This document shows, piece after piece, positions 20,176 through 30,111 of a DNA stretch of 64,000 nt (within the stretch, counting starts at the first letter, position 1; each line of letters starts with the position of its first letter). Made by a program: the position numbers and the translations under genes. The notes beneath the pieces were generated by a model. It was not told the DNA's origin, did not search any database, and worked only from the letters and a program-made list of their open reading frames with translations. This DNA comes from Candidatus Scatovivens sp. (GTDB lineage Bacteria > Bacillota > Clostridia > TANB77 > CAG-508): the NCBI GenBank assembly GCA_045646345.1, contig JAZRKN010000006.1, positions 49,963 to 113,962 of the forward strand. Reading direction: 5' to 3'.

Positions 20176-21105
20176 TTAAAATCTTCTTTTATTAATTACA
20201 TATGTACTTCCTGGTACAGCTTTTGCTCTATGTTTAATTTGACCTGCAACTTCTCCAATTTCAAGTGTTGTTTTATATATTTTTGAATCTACTTCTAAAA
20301 CAGCTATAGAAATTGTTGTAAGTGGGAATTGCTCAATAATTCCTCTTCTGTTGGCAACTTCTACATAACCTCTTTCAACATCTATTTCATTGTAATAATC
20401 AACTGCAAATTTATCAAATTCTAATATTATATTTTGACAAACCTTATCGTAATCTGTTGGTCCTGTTATTGCTACAAAGTCATCTCCTCCGATATGGCCT
20501 ATAAAATTGTCACTATCTTGAATTTGATGAATATGTTTTGAAATTGTTCTAGCTGTAAATTTTATTATCTCATCTCCATTTGCAAAACCGTAAACATCAT
20601 TGTAGGCTTTGAAGTTATCCAAGTCAAAGTACAACATAGCAAATGTTTCCTTATTTAATAATCTTTTCTTCATTTCAGCTTGAATTTGTACATTTCCAGG
20701 TAATCCTGTTAAAGGACTTATTCTTCTGTTTTTAGTTAGAAGACCAACTATATTTTTTATTGTATAGAAGAAATATTCTTCATCCAATGGTTTCTTTATA
20801 TAATATTGTACATCTGTTTTTAACACATCAACTGCATGATCTTTTTCTCTATTTGAACTTATAACGATTATTGGTGTGATACTGTTATCTTCGTTTGATC
20901 TAATGCTTTTACAAAATTCTACAATATTTATATCTGTTGTATCTTCATCTATTATAATTAAAGAAGGAATATTTCTTAAAGCAACTTCAAGTTCAGAAGT
21001 TTTAACAGATTTGAATTTATATTCATCTGTTTCCCTTCTGAAACTTTCTTTTAACATATCTCTTAATTCATTCTCATTATCAATTATATATATATCGTGT
21101 ACCAT
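20176..21105 (-). CDS. Receiver-domain diguanylate cyclase (REC-GGDEF)
   Basis: REC (IIIDED, ISS, KKP) plus SPLTGLPGN, DLDNFKAYNDVYG, GGDDF. Confidence 0.88.
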   Translation of the reverse strand: MVHDIYIIDNENELRDMLKESFRRETDEYKFKSVKTSELEVALRNIPSLIIIDEDTTDINIVEFCKSIRSNEDNSITPIIVISSNREKDHAVDVLKTDVQYYIKKPLDEEYFFYTIKNIVGLLTKNRRISPLTGLPGNVQIQAEMKKRLLNKETFAMLYFDLDNFKAYNDVYGFANGDEIIKFTARTISKHIHQIQDSDNFIGHIGGDDFVAITGPTDYDKVCQNIILEFDKFAVDYYNEIDVERGYVEVANRRGIIEQFPLTTISIAVLEVDSKIYKTTLEIGEVAGQIKHRAKAVPGSTYVINKRRF

Positions 21106-21121
21106 ATATACCTCTTTATTT

Positions 21122-22330
21122 CTAACGTGTTATTTCTTTTACTTCTTGTTTTTCAAAATCGTTTATTGTTATAACTTTTACTGTTACCGTATTTGTTCCT
21201 GTTACTAAAGGAATATCGAAAATTGTTTCTTTTGTATTTTCAGCTCCTAATGTTACATCATAATCTTGTCCATTAATATTTAAGAATAATTGTTTAATTC
21301 CATCTGCTGTTTTTGCTGTAACAACAGCTAAATCTGGGGCACCTTCTTTTGGTTCAATTGTTATTTCTATATCATCAGCACTTGCTTCTGAAGTAATTTC
21401 TTCTATAACTTCTGTTACAGTATCATCAACACTTGTTGCTGTTACTATTATTTTGTTTGTTCCTAACTCTAATTCTGGTAATGGGAATGTTACCTCTGTT
21501 GGATTTTGTTCTGATATCTCTACATTATAATCCATATCATTGATTTTTAATGTTATAGCTTTTATTCCATTTTCATGGAAACATTTTACTTCTCCTGATT
21601 TCTTATCAGCAGCAATTGTAACTGTTATATCCGGTTTTGTTACACCTGTAAATGTTTTTGGTTCTGTTGTACTATTGTTATTTTTATCAACAGCAACTAT
21701 TAATAAGTCATTTCTTCCTTTTAAAATTTCAATTTCAAATTCTATCTTCTTATCATCTTCTTCTGAAACTTCCATTTTAACTTCTTCTTCATCATTCCAT
21801 CTATATGTAACAAAATCTATTGCTGTTTCATCAGTTGCTGTAATTTTTAATTTCTTTTCTTCTGTAATAGCAATATCTATTATTGGATATATTTTGTCCT
21901 CTCCAGTTTCTGAAGTAAATTCTTCTTGATATGTAGCTTCTACACCATCTATATCTGTTACTTTAACAGTTAATGTATGTGTTCCTGCTAGAAGTGGGAC
22001 ATCAGCTTCCATTGAAGCTTCTCCAGTTCCTTTTACATTATTTTCTTTTCCAGAATCCCAACTATAAATTAATTTTTCTATAGCTTTATCATGACTAACA
22101 AGTATTTTTACTGTTGTCTCGTGTTTCTCAGTACTAATTACCGCTTCTGTTGGTGCTACTGGTGCTTCTGCAACAGTTTCTTTGTTTTTTACAACCCCAT
22201 AGATTCCTCCTGCAATTAAACATATTGCAAAACATGCTATTAATACCGCAAATACTCTTACAATCGTATCTGATCCTGATGGTTTTCCACCTGAACTTTT
22301 ATTTGGATTATAATCTAATATTTGATTCAT
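21122..22330 (-). CDS. Membrane-anchored extracellular protein with about 4 Ig-like beta repeats
   Basis: One N-terminal TM; repeated L..G.N/H.(L/I).V.(A/V).(D/S) units; acidic. Confidence 0.75.
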   Translation of the reverse strand: MNQILDYNPNKSSGGKPSGSDTIVRVFAVLIACFAICLIAGGIYGVVKNKETVAEAPVAPTEAVISTEKHETTVKILVSHDKAIEKLIYSWDSGKENNVKGTGEASMEADVPLLAGTHTLTVKVTDIDGVEATYQEEFTSETGEDKIYPIIDIAITEEKKLKITATDETAIDFVTYRWNDEEEVKMEVSEEDDKKIEFEIEILKGRNDLLIVAVDKNNNSTTEPKTFTGVTKPDITVTIAADKKSGEVKCFHENGIKAITLKINDMDYNVEISEQNPTEVTFPLPELELGTNKIIVTATSVDDTVTEVIEEITSEASADDIEITIEPKEGAPDLAVVTAKTADGIKQLFLNINGQDYDVTLGAENTKETIFDIPLVTGTNTVTVKVITINDFEKQEVKEITR

Positions 22331-22557
22331 TTGTCCACTCCTTCTACTTTTATCCTATACTTCAAGCTAGATTATATCATATAGGATTTTTGTTGTAAAC
22401 ACAAAAAAATACCTTTTTATACAATTTTTTCCTTGCCATTTTTTGCTTATTTTATGCGCCTTTCTACGTTTTTATTATCTAATTTATCTATTAACAAACG
22501 TTTGCTTTATAAACAAAAAAGATGAACTTTAACAGTTCATCTTTTTTACTATATTAA

Positions 22558-25500
22558 TTATATTAATACATATTTTTTAATTAAACTTATACCTGTAGCC
22601 ATTATTGTAAATACAACTAATGCAAGCCACATATATGTTGGTGCAGTACCTGTTGAAATTGATAAAATAACTTCAGCTGTATCTATATCATCTTCACCTT
22701 CTTTTTGGTTGTCTGGTGTTGAATCTATATCAGGTGTATTACTATCATTTTTGTCTTTGCTAATTTCAGCTGTATTTATTTTCTTATCAAAGTTATTTTC
22801 ATCGTTTATCCATTTTAATGTTACTTGAACAGATGCTGTTTCTCCTGGTTGTAATTTTGTATTTGATAAAGCATTTGTTGTTATTTTCTTATCTGAAACT
22901 TTTGTCCATTGTGTATTTTCTTCTGCTATAAATTCTAATCCATCTGGAATGTAATCAGTAATTTCTGTTGCATATCCAGCAATTTCCCCTTCATTTTTAA
23001 CAGTTATGTTATAAACGAATTTTACTGTTGTTGTATCAATTTTCTTTCTGTGAATTTCAACTTTTTGTAATCCATCAGCAGATGAAACAGGTATTTCTCT
23101 TGTTGTACCATTTTCTGTAATAATTATTTTTACTAAGTCTTTTTGTAAACTTAAGTCAAAATATTTTACATATACTTTTTCATCATCAATATCATCTTCA
23201 CCATCTTTATTATTGTTTGGTGTTGAATCAACATCATCAATTGGATCTCCATTTTCATCTTCATCGTTTGTTATTTCAGCTACGTTTTTAATAACTCTTT
23301 GAGCTTTATCAGTAGCTTTATTTTCTACAACTTTGAAAACAATTAGAACATCTTCATAATCTGGTGTTTTTGAAGTTGATTTATCAAATGCTTCTAATAA
23401 GCAATTGTCTTTTCTTTCTTCAGATTTATCTTTTGATAAGTAATCTGTTTTTACTGTAACAGCAGCTTCTAAATCTGTTGTTTCATTTCCATTTTTGTCA
23501 TATAATTTCCATCCGTATTTTTTATTTGTTTCATTGTCTTTAACAAATTCTAAACCTTTTGGTAAATTATCAGCTATTTCTTTAGCATATCCTGAAAGAT
23601 TTCCTTCATTATATACTCTAATTGTATATGTGATTAAATCACCATTTTCAACATGTAGTGGATCAGCAGCACCATTTCCTACAGCATAATTGATTTTTCC
23701 ATCAGTTACTGTAACTTTTGGTTCTCTTCCTTCTACTTTTGTACTATTAACTTTTGTAATGAATTTTTGTAAGCTTAAGTCAAATTCTTTTGACTCTGTT
23801 GTTAAGTTTTCATAGTCATTATCATCTTCTTTTGATTCTTCACCAGGATATTCATCTGGATTTACAGTATCCGGATTTGAATCTATATCGTTAACATCTT
23901 CTCTATTTTTGTCAGAGTCTTTTGTTATTTCTGCGATATTTCTTAAATTATGATTTGAAACTTCATCTGTTAATACAACACAAACAACTTGAATGTCTTT
24001 GTATTTTAATTCTGTTCCATTCTCTCTATCAAAACCTTCAATTAAGTTTTTAGTATCTGTATCTGCAGATTTTAATTTTGTTGATGTTAATTTTACTTTT
24101 CCAACAACAACATCAATATCTTCATATTTGTTGATATCTGCAAAATCATCAATTGAAACATTTTTTATAGCATTTTCAATTGTATTTAATTTTACTGTTT
24201 TTGTATCTTCTGGAATTGCCCAGTAGTTATCAACGTTTGTTGTATGTCCTACTAAGAATCCTAAACCTTCTGGTAAATAATCAGCAACTTCTTCTGCATA
24301 ACCAGCAAGTTCACCTTCATTATATACTCTAATTGTATATGTTATAATGTCACCTTTTTTAACTACTAATGGTGTTTTTACTGTTGTGTATGTTGCATTA
24401 GTGCTTGTTCCATCTTTTAATTTTGATACATCAACAACAGGTTCTCTATTAACTGCAGGTGCATTCTTATTAATTTTTGTTACAAATTTTTGTAAATTTA
24501 AGTCAAATGTTTTTCCAACTACTTCAACTTTTTCGAAGTCGTCATCATCTTCTCTACCTTTGTAGAAATAATCAGGATCTGTTAAATCTTCTTTGTTGTC
24601 ATTATTTCCTGTATATCCGTTTGAATCATAATCATTTTTTGTATAATCATTGTTATCAGGAATAGAATCTCTATCATCGATTTCGTCTTCTTTAATTTCA
24701 GCTATATTTGTTAATACACTTGAAGCTTTTGCTGAATCTGTAACTTTACATTCGATTTGTACATATTTACTATCTAATGTTTCATCATTTTCTTTATCAA
24801 AAGCACCGATTACTTCGTTTCTTAAATATTCTGTTGTATAAATCACAACATTTTCACCTTCAGAAACTTTTGTCCATCCATAAGTAGTATTAATATTACT
24901 ATTTTCAACTAATTCTAATCCTTTTGGTAAAGCATCAACTATTGTTGTTCCTCTAGCATCTATATCAGCCTCGTTGTACACTCTAATCTCATATACTATA
25001 GTATCTCCATTTGAAACTTTCACTGGAGCTTTTGCATGTCTGTAAACAGCTGTTGAACTTGTTCCTGCTTTTAATCCAGTAACATCTACAACTGGTGCTC
25101 TATTTACACTTTCATCATTTACTTTTACTATATATTTTCTTAAAGCTAAGTCTGATGTAGATCTATCAATATCATATCCAACACTTACTTTATGTGGTGT
25201 CTCACCTCTAGTTACTAATGCAACTGGTTGGTATACTTCAACACCATCTTCATTTGTTGTGTTGTTTTTCCATAAAGATGCTTTTGTCTCGAAATTAGAA
25301 TATGATAATTCTACATTTACTCTAGTAATTGTTTTATTTTCTTTTGGTAGATATATGTAATATTGAACATCAAAAATTTCATTTACATTTTTATCTGTAA
25401 AATTTTCTTCACCTTCAATATATATTTTATAATCTTCTTTAGAAATTTCTTTACCATCTTGATCTAAAACTTTAATTGAATATTCTGTAGCAGCAGCTGT

Positions 25501-26433
25501 TCCAGAAGTCATTTTAAATGGTCCAGCAACATAATAGTTTGAATCATCTAAAAGAGTAGCTCCTGTTGTTGTTTCAGCTAATGCAGGATATGTAACTTTT
25601 ACTGGTTCTTCTGCAACTTTAGCAGATTCTACTAAATAATTATATAAATGAGCAGCCATTTCTTGACGATATGGGTATCCAGTTATATCGTTATAAGAAC
25701 CTTCTTCAGTTGTTCCATCCATATTTATTTTCAATAAATTGATAGCTGGTAAATTTTCTGGATTATATATTTCAACACCATCTTGATTTGTTGAATCATT
25801 ATTTGTGAAATACCAAATTGCATATTGTTGAACTACATCAATATCATCATCTGTTAAAAAAGCTTTAACAGTTTCTAAATCGTATGTTTCATAGTCAGCA
25901 AATGCTTTTGCTAAAAAATCATCTTTTTGTTCTGGTGTTTGTTTCTCTAAATACATGTTATTTAACAACCACATTAATGATTTATAGTTAGAATTCCATT
26001 TTTCTGTATCTGCATCATATTCAGCACTTAAATGTAATGCTTTTACATTTAAATCCATTGAATCTTTTAAATCAGCTACATTTGTATATACTAAACTATT
26101 TGTTCCTGTGTTTGTCACACCTGGGAATGATTTAGTAGCATCAAGACAATAAAACATATTTTCATATGCTGTATCACCTTTTTGAACTATTTTGTATACT
26201 CTTGTTTCTCCAACAAAGTATCCATATGGAGCGATATCATAATATTCCATTTGTTCTTCTGTTAAAGTTCCACTAGATTCAGCTCCACCTTCGTGTACAA
26301 CTAATACTTGTAATTCTGCAGTTGTATCTTCATGTGTTAACGCTGCAGCAAGTACTGGTGTCGCATATGGCATTAATAAAGATATAATGCAAGCTAACAC
26401 GAAAGTAATTTTTACAACTCTTCTCTTAAACAT
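22558..26433 (-). CDS. Thioester-domain (TQXA-type) surface adhesin with four DUF11/CnaB-like repeats
   Basis: Signal peptide; YCLD, QQYAIWYF, VYQPV; four DL.L.K...YNE...N.AEI...DS.P repeats; C-terminal ISTG-TM-KK. Confidence 0.85.
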   Translation of the reverse strand: MFKRRVVKITFVLACIISLLMPYATPVLAAALTHEDTTAELQVLVVHEGGAESSGTLTEEQMEYYDIAPYGYFVGETRVYKIVQKGDTAYENMFYCLDATKSFPGVTNTGTNSLVYTNVADLKDSMDLNVKALHLSAEYDADTEKWNSNYKSLMWLLNNMYLEKQTPEQKDDFLAKAFADYETYDLETVKAFLTDDDIDVVQQYAIWYFTNNDSTNQDGVEIYNPENLPAINLLKINMDGTTEEGSYNDITGYPYRQEMAAHLYNYLVESAKVAEEPVKVTYPALAETTTGATLLDDSNYYVAGPFKMTSGTAAATEYSIKVLDQDGKEISKEDYKIYIEGEENFTDKNVNEIFDVQYYIYLPKENKTITRVNVELSYSNFETKASLWKNNTTNEDGVEVYQPVALVTRGETPHKVSVGYDIDRSTSDLALRKYIVKVNDESVNRAPVVDVTGLKAGTSSTAVYRHAKAPVKVSNGDTIVYEIRVYNEADIDARGTTIVDALPKGLELVENSNINTTYGWTKVSEGENVVIYTTEYLRNEVIGAFDKENDETLDSKYVQIECKVTDSAKASSVLTNIAEIKEDEIDDRDSIPDNNDYTKNDYDSNGYTGNNDNKEDLTDPDYFYKGREDDDDFEKVEVVGKTFDLNLQKFVTKINKNAPAVNREPVVDVSKLKDGTSTNATYTTVKTPLVVKKGDIITYTIRVYNEGELAGYAEEVADYLPEGLGFLVGHTTNVDNYWAIPEDTKTVKLNTIENAIKNVSIDDFADINKYEDIDVVVGKVKLTSTKLKSADTDTKNLIEGFDRENGTELKYKDIQVVCVVLTDEVSNHNLRNIAEITKDSDKNREDVNDIDSNPDTVNPDEYPGEESKEDDNDYENLTTESKEFDLSLQKFITKVNSTKVEGREPKVTVTDGKINYAVGNGAADPLHVENGDLITYTIRVYNEGNLSGYAKEIADNLPKGLEFVKDNETNKKYGWKLYDKNGNETTDLEAAVTVKTDYLSKDKSEERKDNCLLEAFDKSTSKTPDYEDVLIVFKVVENKATDKAQRVIKNVAEITNDEDENGDPIDDVDSTPNNNKDGEDDIDDEKVYVKYFDLSLQKDLVKIIITENGTTREIPVSSADGLQKVEIHRKKIDTTTVKFVYNITVKNEGEIAGYATEITDYIPDGLEFIAEENTQWTKVSDKKITTNALSNTKLQPGETASVQVTLKWINDENNFDKKINTAEISKDKNDSNTPDIDSTPDNQKEGEDDIDTAEVILSISTGTAPTYMWLALVVFTIMATGISLIKKYVLI

Positions 26434-26516
26434 AAAATCTACCTTCCTTATTTTAGTTTTTTACATAGTTATATTATTATATACTATATTTTAACTCTTT
26501 ACATTTCTATGTGTCA

Positions 26517-26610
26517 ATACCGGCAAGCCACCAAAAACTCTTCTAACGCTTAGAGCCCCAAGTTTTGCACAGTACATATCAATTATATTACATTTTTCCT
26601 TTAAAATCAA
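26517..26610 (-). promoter_or_regulatory. sigmaA promoter plus GC-rich structured 5' leader of the adhesin
   Basis: TTGATT-N17-TATAAT, then an approximately 60-nt hairpin (TACTG.GCAA...TTGC.CGGTA). Confidence 0.6.
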
Positions 26611-26693
26611 TATTTTACAACCATTTTTCTTATTTTTACTAGGGTTTTGGGCGTTTTTAGACTTTTTGTAAAACTTTTTTATAAATTTTTATA

Positions 26694-26722
26694 CGAATAA
26701 TCCTTTTTTTCATTAATATAGT
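26694..26722 (+). promoter_or_regulatory. sigmaE-like promoter of the dacB-like gene
   Basis: CGAATAA-N14-AATATAGT. Confidence 0.45.
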
Positions 26723-26739
26723 AAAAACAGGAGTATAAA

Positions 26740-27948
26740 ATGAGAAAAATTCTATTATCTTTTATTTTAATTTTATTAGTTAATCTTCCTGTTTTAGCAG
26801 ATGATGTAATTGAAGGAGAAAATATTGAAGAACCTTTTTGTGCAGAAACATCAATTAATTCTTCAAACGAGCCTGTAACTCAATCAAAAAATATTATAGT
26901 ATTAGATAGGAAAACCCTCTTACCTCTTTATGAAAAAGATGCTTATTCTAAAGTTGCAATGGCTTCTACCACAAAAATTCTTACTTGCATTATAGCTTTA
27001 GAATCTTGTTCTTTAGAAGAAATAGTTCCAATCTCCAAAAAGGCTGCTTCAGTATCTGGGTCTACGCTCGGAATAACTCAAAACACAAAAATCAATATGA
27101 ATGATTTGCTTTATGGATTAATGTTACGTTCTGGAAACGATTGTGCAATTGCAATTGCCGAATATATCAGTGGAAGTACAGAAAACTTTTCTGTTTTAAT
27201 GAATAAAAAAGCCAAAGAACTTGGTTTAAAAAATTCTAATTTTGTTACTCCACACGGCCTTGATGATCCCAAACACTACACAACAGCATATGAATTAGCC
27301 CTTTTAACCAATTATGCTTTAAATAATTTAAAATTTTTAGAAATAGTTTCTACAAAAACTTGTACCATTTACTTAAATGATATTCCTCGCACAATTTCAA
27401 ATACCAACGAATTACTTGGAAATACTCAAGGGGTTTATGGTGTAAAAACCGGATTTACTTTTGAAGCTGGCCGTTGCCTAGTTTCATCTTGTAAACGTAA
27501 CAATTTAGATATAATCATTGTAGTTTTAGGGGCCGACACAAAACGAATCCGAACCACAGACAGTATACAACTAATAAACTATATTTTTAAAAATTATAAT
27601 TATATAAATGTAAAAAACACTCTAAAAAACGCATTTAATGATTACTTACCTATTTTCAATACTACTTATAAATTAGAAAAAACAAATGATATTCCTATCT
27701 TAGAACTTGATATTTTAGAAAACTACGATTTTCCTTTATCTGATACTGATTGTTTAAACTTACATACGCAAATTTATACTATTGAAAGTTTCAATTCGGA
27801 TATAAAACCAGGAACCATTGTAGGGAAACTACATTTATATCGTGATAACGACCTTCTATGCTCTGTTAATATATTGATTAAAAATGAACTTTCAAAAAAC
27901 AGTTGGAAATATTATTTTTTTAGAATTCTTTCACATTATAAAGTTTAA
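26740..27948 (+). CDS. D-alanyl-D-alanine carboxypeptidase (S11, DacB/DacF-like)
   Basis: ASTTK, RSGND, TPHGLD, KTGFT. Confidence 0.92.
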   Translation: MRKILLSFILILLVNLPVLADDVIEGENIEEPFCAETSINSSNEPVTQSKNIIVLDRKTLLPLYEKDAYSKVAMASTTKILTCIIALESCSLEEIVPISKKAASVSGSTLGITQNTKINMNDLLYGLMLRSGNDCAIAIAEYISGSTENFSVLMNKKAKELGLKNSNFVTPHGLDDPKHYTTAYELALLTNYALNNLKFLEIVSTKTCTIYLNDIPRTISNTNELLGNTQGVYGVKTGFTFEAGRCLVSSCKRNNLDIIIVVLGADTKRIRTTDSIQLINYIFKNYNYINVKNTLKNAFNDYLPIFNTTYKLEKTNDIPILELDILENYDFPLSDTDCLNLHTQIYTIESFNSDIKPGTIVGKLHLYRDNDLLCSVNILIKNELSKNSWKYYFFRILSHYKV

Positions 27949-27971
27949 TTTGCTTTTTTATGGGTAAAATC
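27943..27971 (+). promoter_or_regulatory. sigmaF-like promoter
   Basis: GTTTA-N14-GGGTAAAATC. Confidence 0.45.
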
Positions 27972-28000
27972 TTTTTAAATATTTAAGGAGGTTTTTATTT

Positions 28001-28750
28001 ATGAAAGATTTTATTTTGAAAAATAAATTTATAATTTTACTTATTTCTATTATTTTTATTTTAACCGTCAGTTTATTTGCTACTTGTTTTGGAATGGATG
28101 ATTTCGAACAATTAGATTATTCTTTGGGAATAGTAAATACAGATTATTTAAATATGAGAACCGGATCTGGAATAAATTATGACGCAATTACAATCTTAAA
28201 TAAAAATGAATATGTAAGAATTTTTGGAAAAATTGGACAGTGGTACATTATTCAAAATGAAAAAAATCAAATTGGTACAGCTCACATAGATTATATAACT
28301 CCGACTGATTCCCCAAAAGCTGCAGTTTCCAATGCTGAATCGATTGAAAATGTTTCTATACCAAATTTAACAGATGATGAAAATGAGCTTCTTACTTTAA
28401 TAAATATAGAAAGAGAAAAAAACAATCTATTGCCATTCAAAATTGATGAAAATTTACAAAATGTGGCAAGACTTAAAGCTCAAGATTTAGTTGAAAACAA
28501 TTATTTTTCACACATATCTCCTGTGTACGGAACCCCGTTTGAAATGTTAAAAAACAATCAAATCTCTTACAAAACAGCTAGTGAAAATATTGCAGGTAAC
28601 ACGAGTATTTCCGGAGCACTAGATAGTTTTTTAAGTTCCGATGCTCATAAGAAAAACATATTAAGTAATGATTATAATTATACAGGTTTAGCTGTTGTTG
28701 ACAGTATTGCTTATGGTAAAATTATTGTTCAATTATTTATTGGCAAATAA
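28001..28750 (+). CDS. SH3b + CAP/SCP domain protein (YkwD/YlbC-like)
   Basis: LNMRTGSG (SH3b); ARLKAQDL..NNYFSH.SP.YG.PF, ENIA, H.KNIL (CAP). Confidence 0.88.
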   Translation: MKDFILKNKFIILLISIIFILTVSLFATCFGMDDFEQLDYSLGIVNTDYLNMRTGSGINYDAITILNKNEYVRIFGKIGQWYIIQNEKNQIGTAHIDYITPTDSPKAAVSNAESIENVSIPNLTDDENELLTLINIEREKNNLLPFKIDENLQNVARLKAQDLVENNYFSHISPVYGTPFEMLKNNQISYKTASENIAGNTSISGALDSFLSSDAHKKNILSNDYNYTGLAVVDSIAYGKIIVQLFIGK

Positions 28751-28803
28751 AAAAACAAATCCTGAAGTTTAATACTTCAGGATTTATTATTTTATTCTTT
28801 ATT

Positions 28804-28974
28804 TTAGAATTTTCTTTTTCTAGCAGCCTCTGATTTTTTCTTTCTTTTTACGCTAGGTTTTTCATAGTGCTCTCTTTTTCTAACTTCTTGTAATACTCCA
28901 TTTCTAGCACATTGTCTTTTAAATCTTTTTAGAGCATCTTCTATATTACCATTATTAACTTTAACCTCTGACAT
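28804..28974 (-). CDS. rpsU: 30S ribosomal protein S21
   Basis: Start MSEVKV (AAGGAGG RBS); ALKRFKR...[10 protein letters not shown]. Confidence 0.97.
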   Translation of the reverse strand: MSEVKVNNGNIEDALKRFKRQCARNGVLQEVRKREHYEKPSVKRKKKSEAARKRKF

Positions 28975-29100
28975 TAATTGTTTCCCCTCCTTCCGAAGCT
29001 TAAAAAACATCTTGTGGGATTGATTTTTTTCTGTAATTAATCCTCTAGATTCGCTTAACTGCTTAATATTATACATTACAAAATAGGTTTTTGTCAATAG

Positions 29101-30048
29101 TTAATTTACGTCAAATAATTCTCCAATTGAAGTTTCTGTATGAATTCTTTTTATTGCTTCTCCAAAAAGTTCAGAAATTGAAACCACGCTTATTTTTTCT
29201 ATTTGCTTTTCCTTTGGCAACGGAATAGTGTTTGTCATTACAAAATCTTTTATTTCAGATTTTTCAAGCCTCTCAATAGCAGGACCTGAAAGCACTCCAT
29301 GTGTACATCCTACATATACATCTTTAGCACCAAATTTTTTACAAACCTCTACTGTTTCCATTATAGAACCGGCTGTATCTACTTCATCATCAAAAATAAG
29401 TGCATTTTTTCCTTTAATCTCTCCAATTACGCTTGTTGCTATAGCTCTATCGTCATTTCCATCTCTTCTTTTATCAACTAATGCAATAGGACAATTGAAA
29501 TGTTCTGCATATTTATATGCTTTTTTAGAGCTTCCTGCATCTGTTGCAACAACAACTTTATTGTCTATATTTTTCAAATCAAAGTATTTTTCTAATAATG
29601 ATTCTCCTGTTAAAACATCACAATTAATATTAAAATAAGCTTGAATTGCTTTATTATGAAGATCACAGGTTAACACTCTGTTTGCACCTGCCGCTTCAAT
29701 TAATTGTGCTAATAATTTTGCTGTAACTGGTATTCTTGGTTGATCTTTTTTGTCAGATCTTGAATACATATAATATGGTAATACTACTGTAATTCTCTTA
29801 GCTGACGCTCTTTTTACTGCATCAATTGTTATTAGTAGTTCCATTATTCTCTCGTTTACTGGTGGTTGCGTTGTTTGAACTAAAAATATATCTTTATCTC
29901 TTACAGTTTCTGCAATTTGAACGAAATTATTATCATTTTTAAATTTCATTCTTGTAATATTTCCTTTTTCAATATTTAAATAATTACAAATTTCTTCTGT
30001 AAATTTTTCTGCTGAATCACTACATGCAAATACTTTTAGATTTTCCAT
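29101..30048 (-). CDS. prs: Ribose-phosphate pyrophosphokinase
   Basis: YSRSDKK, DLH, IFDDEVDTAGS PRPP motif, THGVLSG. Confidence 0.95.
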   Translation of the reverse strand: MENLKVFACSDSAEKFTEEICNYLNIEKGNITRMKFKNDNNFVQIAETVRDKDIFLVQTTQPPVNERIMELLITIDAVKRASAKRITVVLPYYMYSRSDKKDQPRIPVTAKLLAQLIEAAGANRVLTCDLHNKAIQAYFNINCDVLTGESLLEKYFDLKNIDNKVVVATDAGSSKKAYKYAEHFNCPIALVDKRRDGNDDRAIATSVIGEIKGKNALIFDDEVDTAGSIMETVEVCKKFGAKDVYVGCTHGVLSGPAIERLEKSEIKDFVMTNTIPLPKEKQIEKISVVSISELFGEAIKRIHTETSIGELFDVN

Positions 30049-30111
30049 ATTCTAAAATATATCTCCTTTTATTTTTATTTAGGTTTAAAGATTACCTATA
30101 ACTTATAATAA

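Noticed and set aside
20560-20640. Hypr GGDEF (cGAMP synthase) variant
   Set aside because: The specificity residue is Asp (NGDE), not Ser or Thr.
22600-25150. Repeated DNA segments within the adhesin gene
   Set aside because: They are degenerate protein-domain repeats; no recombinase or reverse transcriptase nearby suggests shuffling or a DGR.
26491-26577. 28-codon uORF MYCAKLG... in the adhesin leader
   Set aside because: No SD, and the ATG is 4 nt after the -10, so +1 probably falls on its G (same geometry as the SRP RNA start).
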